Positions 58,174-64,000 of a stretch of DNA of 64,000 nucleotides are shown here, in pieces. The DNA is taken from the NCBI GenBank assembly GCA_020722765.1, contig DYKD01000001.1, positions 2,025 through 66,024 on the forward strand. Direction: 5' to 3'. Position 1 is the stretch's first letter. Each line of letters starts with the position of its first letter. This DNA comes from Brevinema andersonii (GTDB taxonomy: Bacteria > Spirochaetota > DYKD01). The notes beneath the pieces were generated by a model, which saw nothing but the letters and a program-made list of their open reading frames with translations, made no database searches and had not been told where the DNA came from. A program made the translations under genes and the position numbers.

Positions 58174-61100
58174 CTACTTCGCTAACAAGATTGTTCCTGT
58201 ATATTTGTTCTTGCCAGCACGAATCTGATAGATATAGATTCCACCTTGGACAGCATATCCATCCTTGTCATTTCCATCCCACCAGACTTGGACTGTATTT
58301 CCTGTTGAATCTATTTCCGTAATCTTCTTTATCAACTCTCCCTTGAGATTGAAGATGTTCACCTGGACATTCTCGTAACTGTCATCCAGACTGAAACTCA
58401 ATCTGAGAGAATTGAAAGAAGCATTTCTTGAATGAGGAGTAAAAGGATTGGGAGCTGCTGTCACATCATAAATGGCAGTACTTTCCGTAACCTCGGACGG
58501 CAAGATTACATAAGTACCACTCAAGTAATTGACAGTAGCAAAAAGTGTATTTCCTACACGCTTTCCGCCAATGCGCACCCATTTCTTGAGACCATCATCC
58601 CAGGCATAAATGGAGAGCTTGTTCACATCCCAGCCAAGGTTTACCACATTTGTCATATCTATGGCAAATGTGATTTCACCAGACTTCTTGAGCGCAACCC
58701 CATTGATCGTCTTGAAGCTGAGATCTTTTAGTTCCATCTTGAATACCTTGACACCTGACAGGTTATCAGCTTTGATAGAACTGTTATCCTTCAACTTTGC
58801 CAGCTGGTCAGAACTCATATCCCTCAGGTAAATATCCAGATAGAAGTCGCTGATGACAGTTTCACCTGGCACGCAGAAGTATGATTTCTGACCGTCATCA
58901 TAACAGTATCTGCATGCCCCAGTTGGTTCTGAAGCTCGCACTGCAGCATTCTTCATATAAACCTGCGTAATCTTGCTCACCTTATTATTGGTAATGTCAA
59001 GACCCTTCACATAATAGTCTGAAAGGAATTGTCCTTCCTCATCATAATACTTCACATTATACTTTCCTGCGGGAATATAGTCAATGACAAAATTGCCATT
59101 GGTATCAGATGATGTGAAAAGGACAGTACTGCCAAAAACACCAGTGACAGGCTGACCCGTGACAGTATCATACAATTTCACATTGATAGATTTTCCAGGA
59201 AGGACAGGGAAAACACTCCCGCGAACCTGTCCCCAAGGAGCCTCAACCAGTTTCAAGGTCTGGCTATTGGTGTTATACCGACCGAAATGGTTGGTCGTTC
59301 CATCCTTGAATTTTACGACACATGTCATGGCGGTCACAGAGACAAGGGATTGGGTGTAAGAGAAATTCATCTTAAGGACATCAAAATTCCCTTTACTGAG
59401 GGGCGTATTCGTGAGATAGGCTATCTTGATGAAATTCCTTCCATCCTGGCTCAATGTTGAAATTGTAACTCCTGATATTGTACTTGTCACATTGACATTC
59501 TTGTACTTGGAGAAATCAAAACCTATCAACGCCTCAACCACATCAAAAGCTGGAGATTTGTTAAATAGCTGATATTTGATTTCAGCAGAGTTGTTGATCG
59601 TATAGATGGTTGCATCATAAAGGTCTGCCTGATTATCCTGAACAATCGAGGGGGCAAAAACGGTCTTGCTCTCATAGATAATATCAAGAGTCGAATCTCC
59701 CAATTCGGAAGGAGACGAGAGGACTCCTGAAGTTGTGTTTCTCACCAGAGGAACAATGGGTAGGTTATAATACTCGTCATTGAGATTGAAATCTACGAGA
59801 TTCATCGTGATTTCACAAGACTGTCCTGCTGGAATAGGTGCAAAGGAATAATCGAGATAGATTGAAACATTTGTGCTTGAATTCGTAACAATCTGTAATG
59901 AGTTGTAGAGAGGACTAGAACTGACAGCAGCTGACAGGAATGGAACATATTGGCCATCAAGTGTCAGTTCAATCCTATAGATATTGTTAGCTCCCGTACC
60001 CTTATTCTGTACCTTGTACCGTATGGTTCTATCAACATTAGTGGGACTTGTGAAGATGAACGGTGTGAGTAATTCTGCACGGGCAAGAACAGGTGGATGC
60101 TGGATGTTTACCCTCTGTGCATTAGGCCCTGTATCATTGGCAACAATATCGTTCCTATTAAGGTTGAAATCCGCCTTAATGATCCAGTCAGCCACATAGT
60201 TAACAGGCAAAGCTGGAGCTCCTGAGGGATAGGCATCCTGAGCCATAAATGTTATCGTATCATTACCACCTGATGCAAAATCATAATTAGCTGCCTCATA
60301 ATCTACTATGATTTCAGTCCCATTGGTTGTAATAAAACCAGGCGCATGGAGACTTGTAATACTCCACATACCTGTAACACCCACAGCTACAGGAGGAATT
60401 ATCCTCGCTCGCATGATGGTATCACCGGCACTTCCCTCATTCTTGAGGAAATAGGTGAACTGGTTTGAAATATCTGAGGAATAGATTGTGTTAGGAGATA
60501 TTGAAGCTGCGGCTCTTGCACTCGACTTCAATATGTTCATATTCCTGCTACCAAAAGAGAGATCAGATGTAGAGACGTAACCGCCACCATTATCGACATA
60601 GGAGTTCCAAGGTATGATATTGGTACTATTCGTCCTTGAATGCCTGATAGTTATGGCAATGGTGTCAGACTCTCCTGGAGCGAGCATGTTGTCCGAATAA
60701 CTTACCGTTATCTTCCTGGTCAGGGCATTGTAACCTGCTGTAGCACCAGGTCTGGAGGAAAGAGCTGCATTGACTGGCATTCCATTAGTAAAAATATCAG
60801 GAACATCAATCTGGAATCCTGTTATGTAGTTCTTCCCACTACCAGTATTGACAAGATAGTTTGTCACAACCCTATTTGTTTCAAAGGTGAATATCGTGTT
60901 TGGAATCATAGACACACTTGCAGAAGCTGGTGGAAGTGCCAGTTTCAAAGCGAACGAATCTGATGGTGTGAGAAGCTCTGTCAGTTTGAAAGAAGGTGAG
61001 CCTGTATGCTGCATTGATACTATCCAATTATTGGATGCTGTCGTATTTGTCAAAGTATCAAATGCCTTGATTGTAATGGTGTCAGCACCACCACCCTGTG

Positions 61101-63990
61101 CAAGAGGAAGACCTGCTGTTCCATATTCGAAATCAAGATAGTTGCTTCCACGTGTGATGTTGCTGGTTCCAAGGACAGAACTGCTGTAAACCATTCCATT
61201 TGTAGTAATTTGTGGTAAAGGCAATACAACACGGATTTTTGCACCTGTACGTGAGGAAGACTGGTTTTTCACATAGACTGTAAAGTGATGATTAGTCTCA
61301 ATAGTTGAATATGCAACATTTGGAGTTACCTTACCAGCAGATGTCTGGTCTGGAACAACAACACTGACTGTCTGTTTCTTCCCTACAGGTATTGTTGAAG
61401 CCTGCATGTTGACTCCTGACATGTTATCAATCTGGCATGGCCAACTTCCTTCACCTGAGGCAGTATTTATATTATCAAACGCCTTAAAGCGTAGTGTTTC
61501 TGTTGTCTGTGCAGGGATGTAAGAAGTTTCATTGTAATAATTTATGTCAAAATATCCTGATCCTTTCACAATGCTCAAGTCATTTGTAAAGAAATTTCCT
61601 GAGATATTTGTGATAAGAATAAATCCGGCAGGATAGCTGATCCGGACCTTGTCAATGTTATCAGATCCGGTTCCCTTGTTACTGATTACATAAACAAATT
61701 CATTGGAGACCGAATCATAATCAATGACAACAGGTGTGATGTAGGCATCCGCACGAGCATTTGGCATTGAGAAAAGGATTTCTTTGGACTGCCCACTTGC
61801 TGTTATTGTCTCGGCATATCCGTTACCATCATCTACAAAACTGCTAAATGTAACATTCGTATTCCCCTTGATCCAGCTGTCAACTATCCTTATTGTAACT
61901 GTATCATTTTCAGTTGTCAGAAGAGGACTGCTACTATAATCTAGAGTCATGGAAGAGACACCGGAAAGCCTGATATCTGCAACATCATTGGCTATCTTGC
62001 TTGATGCATTTGAAAGGATACCCGTAACAACTCCTGGAAAGATGATAACAGCTTTCTGGACAGCTGCCTGCTTACCCTGGTTGATTATACGGTATGTTAA
62101 AGTGTTTGTTGATGTTGATGTATCAAGAGTGGACGGCGTCACAAAAGCATCTGAAGGGAGAACCGCATTCATCAACAAGCTACCGCTCGCACTGAGATAA
62201 GAGGTGAGCTCAAGGGGAGATGTGTTGTTCACTTCGCAACGGAGTGTGAGAGTTGTGATATTCGTTATTAGGTCCCCAAACCGCAAAGTTATTGTATCAA
62301 CATAGCCAGGAGGCAGGGATGTGCCGTCTGCAAGATAATTAAGGATAATCTCACCGGGATTGCAGGCAATATTGAGAGCATCGCTACTTATCTGAGAGCT
62401 GAAAACGTTTCCTCCACTAACACCAATCAAGGAGGTGGGATAGAGAATTCTTGCTGCAGTGATAGTATTGTCACCACTTCCCTTATTCGTTAATTTCATT
62501 GTGACTGTATTGCTGACTGAAGTAAGATAAAAATAGTTTCTGGATAAGGAAGCGGAAGCCACAGGAACAGCTCTCTGGATTTTGATCCACTGTTTCCCTG
62601 CATTTGTAGCAGCCTGGTAATAACCATCATTAACAAAATACTGCAAGGATATCGGCCAGAGAGACTGGTTGGAACCCTTGGATATATTATCCAAGGCCTT
62701 AAAAGAGACAGTATCTTGGGCTCCTGGAATCAAGTTGTTGGCAGTATAATCTATGATGATCTCATTACCGACAACAGATTTTGTAGCACCAGACCATGGG
62801 GTTGTTATTGAGTTTGTCACAACTGAATAGACACCTGATGGTATGGCAATCTTGACTCTCTTAATAGATAAACCAGATGCATTAGTGTTAAGTATTAAGA
62901 ATTGGAGCTGGTTCGTTATAGTGAAATCATTGATATATGAAGGAGAGGTAATATAAGCTTCAGGATTGTAAATAGCTGTCACCTTCCGGCTTAACCCTAT
63001 ACTTTCTGAAGCAGCAACCAGACCAAATCCGTTATTCACATAAGAGTACCAGACAATATCACTGACAGGAAAGCTGATATTACAATTGACATTGATCGTC
63101 ACTTCATCTGTCTCACCCGTTCCTAATAGGGATGCAGCATAGTTGACAAAAATCCTGCGTGTAGCGGGTGTATATCCGATGGTTGCACCAGGCCTTGCAG
63201 AAATGGCTGACCCTGATGTCATCCCGTTTGTAAATGCCTCAGGAACTTCTATCTCCATTCCTGTAATATAATTCTTTCCACTTCCTGTGTTTGTCACCTT
63301 ATAGGTGAACTGTTTGGTTGTCTCATAAGTGAACAACATGTTCGGTTTTATTGAGGCAGACGCGGATGCCGCAGGCATAGCCATCTTCAAGGCATACGAA
63401 TCCCCGGCTCCCTGTAATGTGGCTGTCACATAGACAGGTGAAATCTCATGTCTCATCTCAACAACCCAGTTGTTTGATGAGACCGTATTTGTCAATGTAT
63501 CGAAAATCCTGATGCTGACCGTATCATTGCCACCACTTGTTGCCAAGGGGACTCCGGCTCCTGCATAGTCGACCACAACATAGTTGCTTCCTCTTGTGAT
63601 GAATCCGGCTCCCACAACTCCGCTTGTCACCTGCATGCCATTTGTCTTCAGTTCGGGTTTGGGAATCGTAATCCTTATCTGGTTCACTTTTCTTGTTCCT
63701 GACTGGTTTACAACAGGAACGCTGAAATAATGATTTGTCTCCACTGTCGAATAAACAATATTAGGTGTTACTTTCGCTGTGGCTCTCAAATCAGGGCTTA
63801 CATTGGAGACCTCCTGTTTTTTCCCTACGGGGATCGCTGTTGCCTGCAGGTTGGCTCCTGAAATGTTGTCCACTTCAGCCAGCCAGTTTCCCACTCCCAC
63901 TGTACTGATGGAATCGAAAGCACGGAAACGCAATGTCTCTGTTGTCTGCGCAGGAATGTATGATGTTTCATTATAATAGTTGATATCCAC
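58174..63990 (-). CDS. Giant tandem-repeat surface protein (>1938 aa; 5' end outside window) with C-terminal Por-secretion/FlgD-Ig-like sorting domain
   Basis: Uninterrupted frame running to the window edge. Many ~100-130 aa β-rich modules with a recurring N(K/T)GSG.N.I motif. The last ~90 aa (AAPNPFTP…VNIFNLKGELI…WWDGNDKDG…GIYIYQI…K) match the T9SS type-A CTD / FlgD-Ig pattern. Confidence 0.7.
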   Translation of the reverse strand: MDINYYNETSYIPAQTTETLRFRAFDSISTVGVGNWLAEVDNISGANLQATAIPVGKKQEVSNVSPDLRATAKVTPNIVYSTVETNHYFSVPVVNQSGTRKVNQIRITIPKPELKTNGMQVTSGVVGAGFITRGSNYVVVDYAGAGVPLATSGGNDTVSIRIFDTLTNTVSSNNWVVEMRHEISPVYVTATLQGAGDSYALKMAMPAASASASIKPNMLFTYETTKQFTYKVTNTGSGKNYITGMEIEVPEAFTNGMTSGSAISARPGATIGYTPATRRIFVNYAASLLGTGETDEVTINVNCNISFPVSDIVWYSYVNNGFGLVAASESIGLSRKVTAIYNPEAYITSPSYINDFTITNQLQFLILNTNASGLSIKRVKIAIPSGVYSVVTNSITTPWSGATKSVVGNEIIIDYTANNLIPGAQDTVSFKALDNISKGSNQSLWPISLQYFVNDGYYQAATNAGKQWIKIQRAVPVASASLSRNYFYLTSVSNTVTMKLTNKGSGDNTITAARILYPTSLIGVSGGNVFSSQISSDALNIACNPGEIILNYLADGTSLPPGYVDTITLRFGDLITNITTLTLRCEVNNTSPLELTSYLSASGSLLMNAVLPSDAFVTPSTLDTSTSTNTLTYRIINQGKQAAVQKAVIIFPGVVTGILSNASSKIANDVADIRLSGVSSMTLDYSSSPLLTTENDTVTIRIVDSWIKGNTNVTFSSFVDDGNGYAETITASGQSKEILFSMPNARADAYITPVVIDYDSVSNEFVYVISNKGTGSDNIDKVRISYPAGFILITNISGNFFTNDLSIVKGSGYFDINYYNETSYIPAQTTETLRFKAFDNINTASGEGSWPCQIDNMSGVNMQASTIPVGKKQTVSVVVPDQTSAGKVTPNVAYSTIETNHHFTVYVKNQSSSRTGAKIRVVLPLPQITTNGMVYSSSVLGTSNITRGSNYLDFEYGTAGLPLAQGGGADTITIKAFDTLTNTTASNNWIVSMQHTGSPSFKLTELLTPSDSFALKLALPPASASVSMIPNTIFTFETNRVVTNYLVNTGSGKNYITGFQIDVPDIFTNGMPVNAALSSRPGATAGYNALTRKITVSYSDNMLAPGESDTIAITIRHSRTNSTNIIPWNSYVDNGGGYVSTSDLSFGSRNMNILKSSARAAASISPNTIYSSDISNQFTYFLKNEGSAGDTIMRARIIPPVAVGVTGMWSITSLHAPGFITTNGTEIIVDYEAANYDFASGGNDTITFMAQDAYPSGAPALPVNYVADWIIKADFNLNRNDIVANDTGPNAQRVNIQHPPVLARAELLTPFIFTSPTNVDRTIRYKVQNKGTGANNIYRIELTLDGQYVPFLSAAVSSSPLYNSLQIVTNSSTNVSIYLDYSFAPIPAGQSCEITMNLVDFNLNDEYYNLPIVPLVRNTTSGVLSSPSELGDSTLDIIYESKTVFAPSIVQDNQADLYDATIYTINNSAEIKYQLFNKSPAFDVVEALIGFDFSKYKNVNVTSTISGVTISTLSQDGRNFIKIAYLTNTPLSKGNFDVLKMNFSYTQSLVSVTAMTCVVKFKDGTTNHFGRYNTNSQTLKLVEAPWGQVRGSVFPVLPGKSINVKLYDTVTGQPVTGVFGSTVLFTSSDTNGNFVIDYIPAGKYNVKYYDEEGQFLSDYYVKGLDITNNKVSKITQVYMKNAAVRASEPTGACRYCYDDGQKSYFCVPGETVISDFYLDIYLRDMSSDQLAKLKDNSSIKADNLSGVKVFKMELKDLSFKTINGVALKKSGEITFAIDMTNVVNLGWDVNKLSIYAWDDGLKKWVRIGGKRVGNTLFATVNYLSGTYVILPSEVTESTAIYDVTAAPNPFTPHSRNASFNSLRLSFSLDDSYENVQVNIFNLKGELIKKITEIDSTGNTVQVWWDGNDKDGYAVQGGIYIYQIRAGKNKYTGTILLAK
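59070..63990 (-). repeat. Intragenic tandem duplication: two diverged ~2.4 kb super-modules inside the giant gene
   Basis: DNA at 61501-61560 parallels 63941-63990. Protein segments from 'YFDINYYNETSYIPAQTTETLRF' onward recur after ~820 aa with ~50-60% identity over the first ~450 aa. Confidence 0.55.
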
Positions 63991-64000
63991 ATACCCGGAA

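Noticed and set aside
1-64000. CRISPR arrays, transposases/integrases, or phage-defence gene islands
   Set aside because: No direct-repeat/spacer periodicity was seen. No ORF with DDE, tyrosine-recombinase, nuclease/ATPase-defence or reverse-transcriptase motifs was found.

Overview
This 64 kb window is AT-rich and densely coding, and it appears to come from a diderm (Gram-negative-type) bacterium. That placement rests on the LptF/LptG LPS-export permeases, an Omp85-type β-barrel, an OmpA-like protein, an AsmA-family protein, and a sigma-54-dependent activator. A giant surface protein whose C-terminus resembles a T9SS/FlgD-Ig-like sorting domain suggests an FCB-superphylum relative or a candidate phylum such as Cloacimonadota. 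That assignment is a guess.

I found no rRNA, tRNA, CRISPR array, transposase or integrase.

Housekeeping genes recognisable directly from sequence motifs are:
- pncC-like CinA C-terminal domain
- mtnA / e2b2-family isomerase
- rarA
- an Amidase_3 cell-wall amidase
- maf
- htrA / degP-like
- nadC
- sppA
- lptF / lptG-like
- nfo
- tyrS
- the tldE / tldD pair
- queF
- an M23 peptidase
- an AlkD-like DNA glycosylase
- a Nudix hydrolase
- a YkgJ Cys-cluster protein

The most unusual region is a roughly 16.7 kb minus-strand gene string (16885 down to 112). Its neighbouring genes overlap, so it looks translationally coupled. It is headed by a Crp-type regulator with two cNMP-binding domains. It then encodes an AsmA-like protein, TPR proteins, a FadL/PorV-like β-barrel fused to a ~870 aa TPR array, a periplasmic β-propeller/Ig/LysM protein, two sensor-like TM proteins, and an Omp85 β-barrel fused to a zinc metallopeptidase and a PD40 propeller. 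I read this as an expanded TAM/BAM-like outer-membrane assembly or secretion module that has not been described.

Other points of interest:
- a giant (>1938 aa, partial) tandem-repeat surface protein with a Por-secretion-type C-terminal domain
- a 22-bp perfect palindrome present twice (the second copy differs at one position in its flanks)
- a GT-C (DUF2723/TMEM260-like) + GT2 pair next to a 5'-truncated inositol-monophosphatase remnant
- an orphan PP2C–STAS partner-switching pair
- a large uncharacterised protein paired with an HDOD protein
- a B12-binding radical-SAM-like protein with non-canonical cysteine spacing next to queF

All calls are made by eye from the sequence and the ORF track. 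No database searches were run.
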